A stretch of 61,468 nt of DNA from Mayamaea pseudoterrestris (lineage: Eukaryota). The stretch lies in assembly GCA_027923505.1 (NCBI GenBank), contig BROI01000005.1:1178001-1239468 (forward strand). Direction: 5' to 3'. Within the stretch, counting starts at the first letter, position 1; the number at the start of each line of letters is the position of its first letter. The notes under the pieces are model-generated. The model was not told the origin of the DNA and made no database searches. It saw nothing but the letters and a program-made list of their open reading frames with translations. Below, one piece after another: positions 1-11,631 of the stretch. The position numbers and the translations under genes were made by a program.

Positions 1-2019
1 ACCAAGGAATATCGCAGCCGTTCCCTGTCCAAGCCCAATGCATTCCTTGCATCATGGCTGGTCGTGATGTTATTGGCATTGCCAAGACTGGCAGTGGCAA
101 GACTTTGGCGTACTTGCTGCCCATGTTACGGCATATTCAGGCGCAACCTCCGTTAGCGTCGAACGAATCGGGACCAATTGGATTAGTACTCGCTCCGGCG
201 CGCGAACTGGCCTTTCAGATTTTTTCTGTATGTCGTCAACTCGCCAAGCCGCTGGGATTAAAGTAAGTACATTGCATCTCTTGCGACGTTATTATGCAAA
301 CTGGCCATTTGCTCAACCATTTCATGTTTGTTGCTGCGGCAGCCAACATGCATCATAGCAGTGTAACATGCGTGCTTTTTGTTCCTGTTATACATGCTGA
401 TGTTCTTACCCTTGTGTTTTCTTTGATCTAGATCCACAGCAGTTTATGGTGGCGCCGGTGTTGCGGAACAGATTGCTGATTTGAAACGGGGTGTCAGTAT
501 TGCAGTGTGTACCCCTGGCCGCCTCATTGATATATTAACCATGCAGGCAGGCAAACTTCTTTCGCTACAGCGAGTGTCCTACGTTGTCATGGATGAGTCA
601 GATCGTCTTTATGACATGGGGTTCGCACCACAAATCACCGCTGTATTGACCGCAATTCGTCCCGATCGACAGACCATTCTATTTTCGGCAACATTCCCCA
701 AAACAATTGAAGCACTTGCTCGAAAGTCATTGAAGTATCCTGTCGAGGTCATAGTGGGTGGGCGCTCAGTTGCATCAAACCAAATCACACAGTACGCCGA
801 ACTATTGGACGAAGGTGACAAGTTTCTACGCCTTCTCATGATCCTAGGAGAGCAAGTAGAAGGAACAAAGAAGGTCCTTGTCTTTGTCGATACACAAGTC
901 CGAGCTGACAATCTATTCGAACAATTGCTTCGGAATGGATATCCTACGCTGTCACTGCACGGTGGTAAGGAGCAAGAGGATCGCGATACAACCATTGCGG
1001 ACTTTAAGCGCAAGGATGGCCCCAATGTTCTCGTCGCAACTGGTGTTGCCGGTCGTGGTTTAGATGTTCCTGCCTGTACCTGTGTCATAAACTATTGTGC
1101 ACCCAACCACTTGGAGGCATACGTACATCAGGTGGGAAGGACTGGACGAGCGGGCAAGCAAGGTGTCGCATACACTTTTGTGAACGGTTCCAACGAAGCC
1201 AAGTACGCGCCAGTTATTGTGCGAGCACTCAGCGAGTCCGGCCAGGCCGAAAACATCGACCCGCGGCTGAAAAAGCTATCGGAAGACTACAAAGCAAAGG
1301 TTGAAAAGGGAGAGGCTAAGTTTGCTGGCAGCGGATTTAAAGGCAAAGGATATACATACGACTCAACTGAATTAAGCGACGCGCAAAAGGTGGCTCACTA
1401 CGAGAAGCGTCAAGCGCTTATTGAGGCAGGGATGCTCGATCCGGATGACGAAGATATGATTCAAGAAGAAGTCAAGTCACGCAAGGAGGAGCGAGCAGAG
1501 GATGGTAGGGCACAAGGAGCTACTCAAAAGCTTGAAATACCCGAACACTTGACTCCAGAGTTACTAGCGCTCCCTGGCATGAAGGATGCCTTGCTGCGCA
1601 AGGCTGGGATTGTACCGGAATCCGACAAGTCTAGTAGTCTGGCTGGTAACGACACGGAAGAAAACATTTACGATTCATCGCTCAGTGGCGCCGTCCGCCT
1701 GAGTGACACACATTGGCTGCAGGAAGTTGATATAAATGATTATCCTCGCGAAGCACGCTGGAAAGTGACTCAGCGTGAAACTACTGGTCGTCTCCAAGAT
1801 GAGTTTCGGACGGCCGTAACACTCAAGGGATCCTACTTTCCAGCCGGAAAAATGCCGTCAGGTAACGAGCGTCGACTGTATCTGCATTTGGAATCAACGA
1901 GCGAGCACAACGTGCAAAACTGCGTGCTTGAAATTCGTCGCCTTTTGAATGAAGAGACATTGCGAGTGAGCGTCAAGGGCACTGTTGGAGGTGGTAGTCA
2001 TAAATACAGGGTTCTATAG
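1..2019 (+). CDS. DDX46: DEAD-box RNA helicase Prp5/DDX46 (5' truncated by window); exons <1-262 and 432-2019
   Basis: Q motif ([10 protein letters not shown]), [34 protein letters not shown] and [10 protein letters not shown] motifs. Prp5-type GFKGKG and C-terminal KH-like [17 protein letters not shown] intron 263-431 joins LGLK to STAVYGG in frame. Confidence 0.93.
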
Positions 2020-3312
2020 CGGTTTCACCACTCTAAAAACTCTTTCTATACAATGTGAACGGATCTGATTCACTGCTCGTCTTTAATTACGCCGAAGTCT
2101 CACAGGTCCGGTGCGATGACTGCGCCACTATCACCCTCTCTAGTAGTAATACTGTATCGCTCCATCTGACCATAAATTATGCGACATTTCCGACGCAACT
2201 GGTGCATTTGCATCGCCAACTGTCGAACCTTGGCTTCCATCTTGTCGCTCACAAATCCTGCATGGATGGAAGCATCGGCTTGTGGGATGGGGAGTCATGG
2301 CTGTTGCTTGCGTCTGCGCTCCATCCGAGATGCAAATTTGACTTTGTTTCGTCGATAGATTCGTAAAATAAGTACTTTCCATTGGTGACTTATGCTCTCA
2401 TTACGCTCACGGGAAGCGCTGGTCAGATTCTCGGCATATCCTTGTCGCTGGTTTTTGGGTGTGTCGTTGGATATGGCTACCTCACTGACAATGTATTTAT
2501 ATTGTCGTCAGCGTGAGCCAAGCACATGGAAGACACGCTGCTTTCAAATGCTGCGAAGCAACCAGGTGGGTCCTTGCTCAAGCCGCAGTGGGGCTTGAAA
2601 GCGGATGGGACAACTTGAGGGGCATTAGAAGCTTAGTAAGTTTCTCGACTTGATTCATAGGCGTTGTGTTATGTTAAGTATCTGACCCAACTTTTGGTAC
2701 GGTTTGCGACAGATGGTAACTAGACCACCAGGCGTCATTGGAGACACACCTGCTTCTACTAATGAAACTGCCTCTAATAGCAGACACAAAATTACCACGT
2801 TCAGCGACTTGGCTGTCAATCCTCAGTCGTTGTCACGTTCCGCATATACGACATCAACAACCAGGGGTGTAAGGCTCTTGGGTGGCAGGATCACGCAGAC
2901 GCAAGAACTGCCCGTCTTCGGAATTAGAGATTGAGACGGATTTGACCGACCCTTGAGGATAGGTTGGGAGGATTTTTATAACTGTATGTGAAGCGCATGG
3001 GATTGCGTCGCTGCGGCATGCAAAGTGATCATTCTCAGTCACTGCTGTACTAAGTGGTGGGCTGACAACAAGGCCAACATCGATCTGCTAGAGCTTTTCG
3101 GCGCTGCAGTTGGCATGTCAGGGCGATCATGAACTAGATTTTGTAACTATCCTATTTGGTTCGTTTGCAACACATCACACCAAAGATAGCCATGCAACAG
3201 CCTATTCTATGTTAGCTACTTGTACCATGCATATTATTATATAAAGATTAAGTATGATTGCAGTAAGCTGTAGCTGATAGCGTTCGCATCGTACTACCGA
3301 TAGGTAGTACCA

Positions 3313-3352
3313 TACCGGTATGCGCCGGCTAATTCTTTGCATCGTACCGGTA
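3313..3352. promoter_or_regulatory. Pair of TACCGGTA palindromes upstream of P5CS (representative of a recurrent promoter-proximal motif)
   Basis: Exact copies at 3313 and 3345; 12 more elsewhere in the window, mostly upstream of ATGs. Confidence 0.5.
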
Positions 3353-3507
3353 GTCGCACTTCCGGTCATCCGATCCATTTCAGTACCTGTGGGACAGTCA
3401 ATGCTTGAGACGCCTCTGCAGCCGTCAATTTCGCATGTTGGTGTTGCTCTTTCGACAAAATAGTCGCAGTCTTTTTTACCATTTATTCCGAGATAAGAAC
3501 AGCAGTA

Positions 3508-5962
3508 ATGGAAGGCAGCAAGAACATTACGGGCACCACACCGGAACCTCCGTCGCGAGCCGCACTCCGCCGAGCTCGCAGGGTGTGCGTTAAGGCTGGT
3601 ACCTCGGTTGTCGCGAATGAGGATGGCCGTCCTTCCTTGACTCGACTGGGCGCCATGGTGGAGCAGATAGCTGAGCTTGTCAATGAGGGAGTGCAAGTGA
3701 TTCTTGTCAGTTCGGGAGCCGTTGGGATGGGCAAGCTGCTTTTGAGGAAGCAATCAAAAATGATGATGTCACTCAAGGATTCACTAGCGTCAGGCGGAAG
3801 CAACAAGGATGAAGCAATCGGAGCACCACTAGTCAAACGTCACGAGAGCTTTGTCAGCATGCTCAACATTGAGCAGCGCCCGCACTCTATGGCGGAACGG
3901 AACCGAGTCTACGACAGTGCATGTGCTGCCGCTGGACAGTTTGAAATGATGAACCTTTACAACTCGCTCTTTGCACAATGTGATGTTGCCGCTAGTCAAG
4001 TCTTGGTCACGCAGACGGACTTCACAAACGAAAAAAGATTGAACAATTTAAAGTATGCCATGGAGAGGTTGCTTAGTCTTGGTATCGTTCCCATTGTCAA
4101 CGAAAACGATGCCGTCTCGGCTAATTTAGGCTATACGGCTGACGATGTATTTTCGGATAATGATTCCTTGGCCGCCCTATGTGCGCGATCTTTCGATGCA
4201 GAAGTTCTACTGCTATTGACGGACGTCCCAGGTGTATTTGATCGTCCACCCGGTGACCCGCATGCATCTCTCATTTCATTCTACAGGGCAGAGTATGCGC
4301 AAGTGGCGATTGGAGAAAAGTCGCTCCAGGGACGTGGTGGCATGGGATCCAAGATCGACGCTGCTGTTGCAGCAGTCGCACAAGGAGCAAAGACATCGGC
4401 TTGCGTCGTTGGTGCTGGGAGTGACTTGAACTGCATACGGGCAGTCCTTGGACGCGAGACAAGGTTTGGCGTCAAAGGAACGCTTTTTTGTACCCCAGGA
4501 AGCGTTCTCGAGAAGCAGGCCATTCTTGACTTCGAGACTTCGAATAGCTCGGGGCAGACTGCCATTTTGGATGAGGCGAGAAACATGGCAATTGCTGCGC
4601 GCCTAGAAGCACGGAAACTTCAGTTATTGCCGTACTCAGTCCGACAAAATATACTGCGAGCGGTTGCTCTTGCGTTGATTGAAAGAAAAGAAGAAATTAT
4701 GGAGGCCAATAAGATTGATTTGGATGCGGCTGAACGAGACGGGATTGCTGACGCTTTGAAGAGTCGCTTGAAGCTGACTGAAACAAAGTTAACGACGCTC
4801 GCGATTGGTTTGAATCAGTTGTCGGACCTACCGGATCCGCTAGGTGTAATCAAGGCAAAGCGTGAACTTTCGGATGGTTTAGAGCTGACGCAAGTATCGG
4901 TTCCTATTGGGGTCTTGATGATTGTATTCGAGTCACGCCCAGACTCAATGCCTCAGGCAAGTATCGATCACGACATTCGCTCCATTGCTTCCATTTGATC
5001 TGCTATATTCTCATTCATCATCGTTGAGTGCGTTACAGATATCCGCATTGGCTGTTGCCAGCGGCAATGGTCTTTTGCTTAAAGGCGGCAAGGAAGCGGC
5101 TCATTCAAATGCTTTGATTTACAAAGTTATTGGGGATGCTATTGAAACCGGCAGTGAAAACCAGATAAAGCGCAACATTATTGGCCTTGTAACCAGTAGA
5201 GGGCAGGTGGCCGACATGCTGAGCTTGGATGATGTGATTGATCTTGTCATTCCTCGAGGTAGTAATAGCCTTGTATCGTACATCAAGGCCAACACCAAAA
5301 TTCCCGTCTTAGGCCATGCCGACGGCGTTTGCCACGTCTACGTGGACGAGAGTGCGGATGCTGATGCTGCTTGTAAGATTGCTGTGGACGCCAAGACGGA
5401 CTACCCCTCCGCCTGCAACGCCATGGAAACATTACTTCTCCATCGCGAAACGATTGACAACAACGTTGCTTCGACAGTGCTTATGGCATTACGCGCAGCG
5501 GGAGTGAGGCTCCTTGGAGGACCCGAGGCGATGAAACGTGGCCTCTGCGATACACCTGCTGTGGAAATGAAATACGAGTATGGTGACCTGACTTGTCTGG
5601 TGGAAGTCGTCCAGAACATGGACGAAGCAATCGACTGGATTCACAAATATGGAAGTAGTCACACCGAAGCAATCGTTTGCGGCGAGGAAAGCGAAGCTGG
5701 CGAAGCATTCCTTCGTCGAGTGGATTCAGCTTGCGTTTTCAAAAATGCTTCAACCCGCTTTTCGGATGGCTACCGTTTCGGGCTTGGCGCAGAGGTCGGT
5801 ATATCCACTGGCCGCATTCATAGCCGAGGTCCGGTTGGAGTGGAAGGCTTACTTTCAACGAAATGGCAGCTTCGTTCGAGGGGCGGTGTGAACTACGTTG
5901 GAGAATTTAGCGGAGACAATCCAAAAGTGTATACTCACAAGGATAAAGTAGTAAATGTGTAA
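3508..5962 (+). CDS. P5CS: Bifunctional delta-1-pyrroline-5-carboxylate synthase (glutamate 5-kinase + gamma-glutamyl phosphate reductase); exons 3508-4956 and 5039-5962
   Basis: Kinase motifs VKAGTS, VSSGAVG, PIVNENDAV, DNDSLAA, GRGGMGSK. Reductase motifs FESRPD, YPSACNAMETLL, NASTRFSDGYRFGLGAEVGISTGRIHSRGPVG. Joined by an 82-bp GC-AG intron. Confidence 0.96.
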
Positions 5963-6281
5963 TTTGGAATCGGCTTATACGCCGATTTGTGGGAGCTACT
6001 GTACTAAGGAAGCCCGAACGACGGACACGCGTCAAAGCATTACTACAAGTAGTAGTTACCGCCACGTAGCCAGGTCTGACCCTCTCCCCACGCGGGCGCA
6101 ATCATCGAGTCCGTTGAAAAACAATTTCACAGTCAGTTTAAATACTATGACGTCATCAACGGTTTCAATCGGGTCGACGCACATACATAACTTGGCAGCG
6201 ACCATGAAGAGCTTGCTTGATGCCTGTATACCGCTATACCGCACCTCTCCCTGACCGTTGCTCGCATAGTGCTGCGAAACG

Positions 6282-8630
6282 ATGAATACTGTTCCCAGTC
6301 GTTGTGTTCGTTTTCGAGACTCGCTCCCGCAGGACTTGATTGATTTGATTGACGCAGCGCAAAGTCCGGTGCCTCTTTTTTCACCGACACAAGTGCTGCT
6401 CCGCACCTACAGCAAGAATACCAATACGCCTGTGCAATATGAGAGCAAGATAGATACTCCGAATAATTGCGATATGAGCAGTAGGGAAAATTTTGATCCA
6501 CAATTTGACTCGAGCGAGTCAGATGTCACGAAAACGAAACTTTTCCATGCATCACCAGGATTGACGACCAAACGCAGCTCCTTCACGAATAGCGCTCGAG
6601 CGGCTCCTACCGTCCTTTCTCCCATTAATGAAGACATGTTTTTCTCACCAGCACAAACCAGTCGCAGCCTCTACGAATTGCTGACGCCCAATTTTATTGC
6701 GACTCCATACAAATCACTACCAAAAATGGAGATGATTAGCTTCAACTACATTCAACAATGCATGGACTCTACGACGCTCCACGACATTGCACATGTATTG
6801 ACCAAGGAGAATCGAACGCCATCCCTCCTGAGGGCTGTAAAGAGTCGATTGGGCGAATTGGGTGCTACAGCGAGCGAATCATCAAATCAAGGACGGCAAC
6901 ATCAACAATCTGTAGCTGCGGTTACTACAACGCAAGTGCAACCTGCCAGAACTCAAGCAGATGCACTACATTATCAGCCTCCTCTTATAAACAAGTTGCC
7001 AATGCAGCAGAACTCCTCATTGCTTTCACCGATGGATAGCATCGAAGGAAGGACAAATGAGAACGACGAGGATGAAAGCTTAGCACCCGAACCTTTGGCG
7101 CCCGATTCCATTCAACCAGAGCCACTGCAAAATCCACAATCAACTCGCACACATGCCATGGACGGGAAAAGACTGAATGATCATGCGTCAAAGGTACAGC
7201 AGCATGGAGCTGACGCGCCGCCAGTCATGACGGCAATCACGAATCCAAGTCAGACTGCGCTACATGCAGAGATATTCATACTCACTCAGAAGTTAGCTAA
7301 TGTGCAGGACATGCTGTATCGAGAGCAGCGAAAATACCAGGAGCAACTAGAATTACTTGAGTCGTCCAAGCGTGAAAGTGAACAGACTATCCATGACTTG
7401 CAAGCGCATATAAAGCAGTCGCATCTAGCTCAGCAGGCGCTTGCTAGTGCCATGACGCAACTTCGTAACGAGAAGGCACAACTGAACGAGCTAATGCTGC
7501 GGAAGCAACAAACGTGGGTGCTCCGAAACCAAGAGCAGCAAGAATTGCGGAAGACACTGCATGACCGTCTTTTAGCACTTAGCGTCAAACTTTCATCGGT
7601 TGAGACAGAGCGAGACGGGTTGCAGCGCCACAATCTCAAACTAAATCAATCGTTAGAAATCGCCCATCGCACTCTTCAAGAGATGAAGCTGGAGCAAGAA
7701 GAAGTACTTCGAGTTGTCGTCGATCTCATTAAAAAAGGTGCGAACAACATGGATTTTGGCAGCTTGACCCCAGATGAACGGAAGTCCATCTTCAGTGACC
7801 TTCGTGCAGAAATGGCAGCAACTGGCGGCGCACTTCGCGCATTGAAGGAAGGGCTCATAACAGCCGAGGAAGATCGCGCTCGAATTGTACGGACCTATCA
7901 CAAAACTTACGCCCTTTGGAAGAAGGCGCATGATAAAAGCTTGCGACAAGAGCGCAGTAACAAAGACTTAATTAATCATGTGGCAAGCTTGTCAAAGGAA
8001 CTACTGGAAAGTCAAGATTTAACGGCGAAGATAATGGTGTCGGTTGCTAGCGTACAACACCAAAAGAGCTGGAGTGAGCTTGAAGCTAAGTACTTGCAGC
8101 AGATAAAGAGTTTGAAGACACGAATTGCCGACCAGGAGTCCAAAGTTCCTTTTGCATTATACCGAAACGCAGTCAAAGAAGCTCGAACGAGAACCATAGA
8201 GGCACGAGTGCATCGCGAACAAGCTGACGAATTGAACGCTAAACTTGCCGAGCTACAGCGTAATACTCCTAAACTCTCGATCGCTGCAACGATACCCATA
8301 TCTTGTATGAAGACGACGCTGTATCCGTTAACAACCTCGCTCACACCAGCGATGAAAAAGAGCGATACACAATGCAACAAGCAAACAGCCATTTCTCTTC
8401 ATGGTGTTACGGACGACGCAAAGACAACTAGACGGCTTATAGACGCAAAGGACAGTGAGAATGGCTTCACTGACAGTGAGGCACGATCAGGTTGCAGCAA
8501 GACTCCCTGTTTCCGTCGCCGAATGGTACCAGTGTCAGGTGGGCGAGCGGCGCTCAAAGGTCGCTACAGAGCTATTCGTTCGTCGGCAAGGAAGCCTCTC
8601 GGCAACCTAGATATGCACACGGTCCACTAA
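6282..8630 (+). CDS. Uncharacterised 782-aa coiled-coil protein with KEN box, C-terminal D-box and many S/T-P sites
   Basis: Uninterrupted long ORF with a heptad-rich central and C-terminal region. Contains LTKENRTP and RKPLGNL. Confidence 0.8.
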   Translation: MNTVPSRCVRFRDSLPQDLIDLIDAAQSPVPLFSPTQVLLRTYSKNTNTPVQYESKIDTPNNCDMSSRENFDPQFDSSESDVTKTKLFHASPGLTTKRSSFTNSARAAPTVLSPINEDMFFSPAQTSRSLYELLTPNFIATPYKSLPKMEMISFNYIQQCMDSTTLHDIAHVLTKENRTPSLLRAVKSRLGELGATASESSNQGRQHQQSVAAVTTTQVQPARTQADALHYQPPLINKLPMQQNSSLLSPMDSIEGRTNENDEDESLAPEPLAPDSIQPEPLQNPQSTRTHAMDGKRLNDHASKVQQHGADAPPVMTAITNPSQTALHAEIFILTQKLANVQDMLYREQRKYQEQLELLESSKRESEQTIHDLQAHIKQSHLAQQALASAMTQLRNEKAQLNELMLRKQQTWVLRNQEQQELRKTLHDRLLALSVKLSSVETERDGLQRHNLKLNQSLEIAHRTLQEMKLEQEEVLRVVVDLIKKGANNMDFGSLTPDERKSIFSDLRAEMAATGGALRALKEGLITAEEDRARIVRTYHKTYALWKKAHDKSLRQERSNKDLINHVASLSKELLESQDLTAKIMVSVASVQHQKSWSELEAKYLQQIKSLKTRIADQESKVPFALYRNAVKEARTRTIEARVHREQADELNAKLAELQRNTPKLSIAATIPISCMKTTLYPLTTSLTPAMKKSDTQCNKQTAISLHGVTDDAKTTRRLIDAKDSENGFTDSEARSGCSKTPCFRRRMVPVSGGRAALKGRYRAIRSSARKPLGNLDMHTVH

Positions 8631-8649
8631 CAAGACTACATTAAATAAA

Positions 8650-11355
8650 TCATTCTATTATACTGACAGCAGATCCCTCGTTTTTAGCGGCCTCATCATT
8701 GTCTTCCAGATCGAACAAGTCTACTGACGATTTACTCGTAACAAATGCTCCAATACCCCTAGATCCAGAGAGATGCAGCCGCCGAGAGACAAAATTGTCA
8801 TCTTTACCTTGGTAGTTATCGGATGCGAGTATTCTAGTTTTCGCATAGATTGTCCATTGAGGCGAACGATCCCTATCTTCCTCAAATGATGCCGGCATGG
8901 GGAGGACCGTATAGACGCCCTCATCGTCGTTCGATCGCAACGTCAAACTAATGCGACTGCCAGGACCTTTGTTCCACGAGCGACGCTCGAACATGCAATG
9001 ATCGTATATCACTGTCCAGAACTCCAGCACCAGGCCTTCATCAGCTGTCCGCTCCACAAGTAGACCAAGCGATTGCCGCCGCTCTTTTCCGACTCCACAA
9101 TCTTGTCTCGACGATAAGGCACTCTTGCCATTGTCTCCATAAAAGCAAAGTTCTACAATTCGATAGCCATAAGACAGTCTTAATATAGTAGTCCAATATG
9201 CATCGGATGCGACCCCGGGTCGTTCATCTTGCATTGAGTCGAAACCAGAGTATGTCAAGGGCACGGCAATGAGTCGAATAGTATCGTGAAACACTCCATT
9301 AATTTCACAAATAGCTTCCGCGATCCAGCACCATTCATTGAAGTCTTTTGCAGGAGTTTCGCTACAAATGCCTTCGTCGCTTTTTTCTTGAGGCACTTTT
9401 TCACGAGGGGCAAAGAAGCCATTATGTGGCTCCTCTCCAAACAACACATCGGCTCTATCGACGCCACCCATTCCTAGACGAGTGGTGATAGCTGCTATGG
9501 GTTGACCAATGCTCGACGAGAGTTCCAGGTCCGTAGAACATACAGCCTTCTCCATGGCATGTTGAGGTCCTTTAAGTAATGCGTCCAACGCTTTCGAAAC
9601 GAAGGTGATAAGTTCTGACACAGATCCATCGCTCATATTGTGAAGGCGACTCGCAAACCTTAACCCAAGAACAGTTTCCGTGACACTAGAGGCAACGACC
9701 TCTGTGGACTGCAAGTAATCGAGCATTCGTTTTACGACAGTATCCGAGACGCGGCGGGCCCTAGCATTTTCCCGTTGAACAGAGTTAGCACCTGTTCCGT
9801 TAGCCTTAATTTCCGAACCAACAGATCGTATCCACGCACAAAAGTCTCGGATTCGAAAGCGGGCGTCAACCAGTTCCTTCGATGCCATCTCAATCACCAT
9901 ATATAGTCGCCCGGAATATTGCTGTACTGCCTTGGCAATGTCCACATTCAGTAATGTACTACATTTGGTTGCATCGCAACTATTTACCATGGCGAGTCCA
10001 ACCATTTCATTCGCGTGGAACAACAATGCATGCGCCGGATTCAACAAGTTTTTGCGAAATTGTGTTTCCACATTCTGCACCGCCACACTTAAGCTGCTTT
10101 CCATTCTCACCAGTAACTGATCATTCATTTGCACATGCGTGAAGAACTGATCCATAGCATTGGCTAGTGAGGGGGTCGACCTAGTATGGCCCGATAAAAT
10201 ATACTGCACAAAGTAAGCCGTCATAGTCCCTTGGAGACCATACTTAGAAAGCAGACTTGTCAGCAATTCCAGTTTATTATCAAGCGGCTTGAGCGATGCT
10301 TTCCATGAGACTATCAACTCCTGCACCTTGGTTTGAATCGTCTTGACAAGAGCCAGCATGGAGCACGATATGGCGCTCAATCTCTGCAGGGTATAGCGCT
10401 GTTCAGATATAACCGGTATACTATAGATTGTGAGGCATGCTGTGTTCCGTGGGTATATTATAATGTGCGTCAAATCATTAGAAACGACAATATCGACAAT
10501 GCTGCCGTCAGGAATGGCATTTGACAAGGTAGTCGACAGAATGGGAAGACAACCATGCAAGAATACATGCAAATTATGCTGCGTCGTCAAGCAGAGGATG
10601 CTGAGCGGCGTATCGCTTGATGGTAAAATGGAATTCGCTGCGGCCAATTCTAAAGAAAGCAGGCTACTCGTCGCATGGTGATGATCAGGGGCATGCTGCT
10701 GATTGTGATACTCGGAAGGAGGCAAAAGGGCAGGCGACTGATTGCAAAATTGCTTAGCATATGTCCAGTAAAGAGTCGCGTTCTCCTCGTCCTGAGGTAT
10801 CTCCCATGATGGATGATGATTTCCACAATGCGCCCAGTGAAGTCCATTGATGCCGCTGTCAGTAGGAATCACATGACCGTCGTCTGCGGGCATAGCGAAT
10901 GAAAATATGCATGGACTTTCCGTCCCATCATCTGTGGCGTCGTATTGGCTGACATTTTTATTCGCCAATACTCCTTCAAGAGTGTAGATTGTCATGCGGG
11001 TTGATGTACAAACAGCCAGAATGCGACCATCGGGTCGAAAGCATGCGAAAAGTTGCGAGTGCTGAGGCGGCTGCGTCGTGCTGCCGACTCCATCAGCATT
11101 AGACGCCATCTCGGACATTGAAATGGTTGCTATATTTTGAGCCATAATTGTTCGATGTAGAATCAATGTCCCTCCTTCTAGTCCAACGACCATGATATCC
11201 ATCGAAGGACACAGCTGGCAGGCACAAGGAACTAGCGGTGCCCAAAAACGTCGTGACGGAGGGAGCGCCGTAAAACAAGGCTTTACAGCTGCCATTCTTT
11301 CCAGTGAAATTACTTTTCTGTCATCTTCATCTTGCGGCAAACCAACGTCTTGCAT
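8650..11355 (-). CDS. ANAPC4: Anaphase-promoting complex subunit 4 (APC4)
   Basis: N-terminal CPSMDIMVVGLEGGTLILHR and FRPDGRILAV match the APC4 WD40 start, followed by a long helical domain. First in-frame ATG is at 11355; the ORF track starts at a non-ATG codon at 11517. Confidence 0.85.
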   Translation of the reverse strand: MQDVGLPQDEDDRKVISLERMAAVKPCFTALPPSRRFWAPLVPCACQLCPSMDIMVVGLEGGTLILHRTIMAQNIATISMSEMASNADGVGSTTQPPQHSQLFACFRPDGRILAVCTSTRMTIYTLEGVLANKNVSQYDATDDGTESPCIFSFAMPADDGHVIPTDSGINGLHWAHCGNHHPSWEIPQDEENATLYWTYAKQFCNQSPALLPPSEYHNQQHAPDHHHATSSLLSLELAAANSILPSSDTPLSILCLTTQHNLHVFLHGCLPILSTTLSNAIPDGSIVDIVVSNDLTHIIIYPRNTACLTIYSIPVISEQRYTLQRLSAISCSMLALVKTIQTKVQELIVSWKASLKPLDNKLELLTSLLSKYGLQGTMTAYFVQYILSGHTRSTPSLANAMDQFFTHVQMNDQLLVRMESSLSVAVQNVETQFRKNLLNPAHALLFHANEMVGLAMVNSCDATKCSTLLNVDIAKAVQQYSGRLYMVIEMASKELVDARFRIRDFCAWIRSVGSEIKANGTGANSVQRENARARRVSDTVVKRMLDYLQSTEVVASSVTETVLGLRFASRLHNMSDGSVSELITFVSKALDALLKGPQHAMEKAVCSTDLELSSSIGQPIAAITTRLGMGGVDRADVLFGEEPHNGFFAPREKVPQEKSDEGICSETPAKDFNEWCWIAEAICEINGVFHDTIRLIAVPLTYSGFDSMQDERPGVASDAYWTTILRLSYGYRIVELCFYGDNGKSALSSRQDCGVGKERRQSLGLLVERTADEGLVLEFWTVIYDHCMFERRSWNKGPGSRISLTLRSNDDEGVYTVLPMPASFEEDRDRSPQWTIYAKTRILASDNYQGKDDNFVSRRLHLSGSRGIGAFVTSKSSVDLFDLEDNDEAAKNEGSAVSIIE

Positions 11356-11631
11356 GGCGTTTCGGGCTACTGTATAATATTGATGGGCGCCCAGGCTACT
11401 GGTATTGGTGATTGGTGTACGGTATGCGAAAGCGGTGGCGGATCGAAAAAAGATGGAGTCAAAGCGGCACTGAAATGACACATTTTGGTTCCAAATCACG
11501 TGCGATGACGTTGACAAGGAAACGACCGGCGCGGCAAATCAGACTCCGTTTCCAGCGACAAGCACGTTTTCAAAAAATAGTACCGGTAGCAGACAGAACC
11601 AGTTAACATATCATTACAACTGCACTTGACC

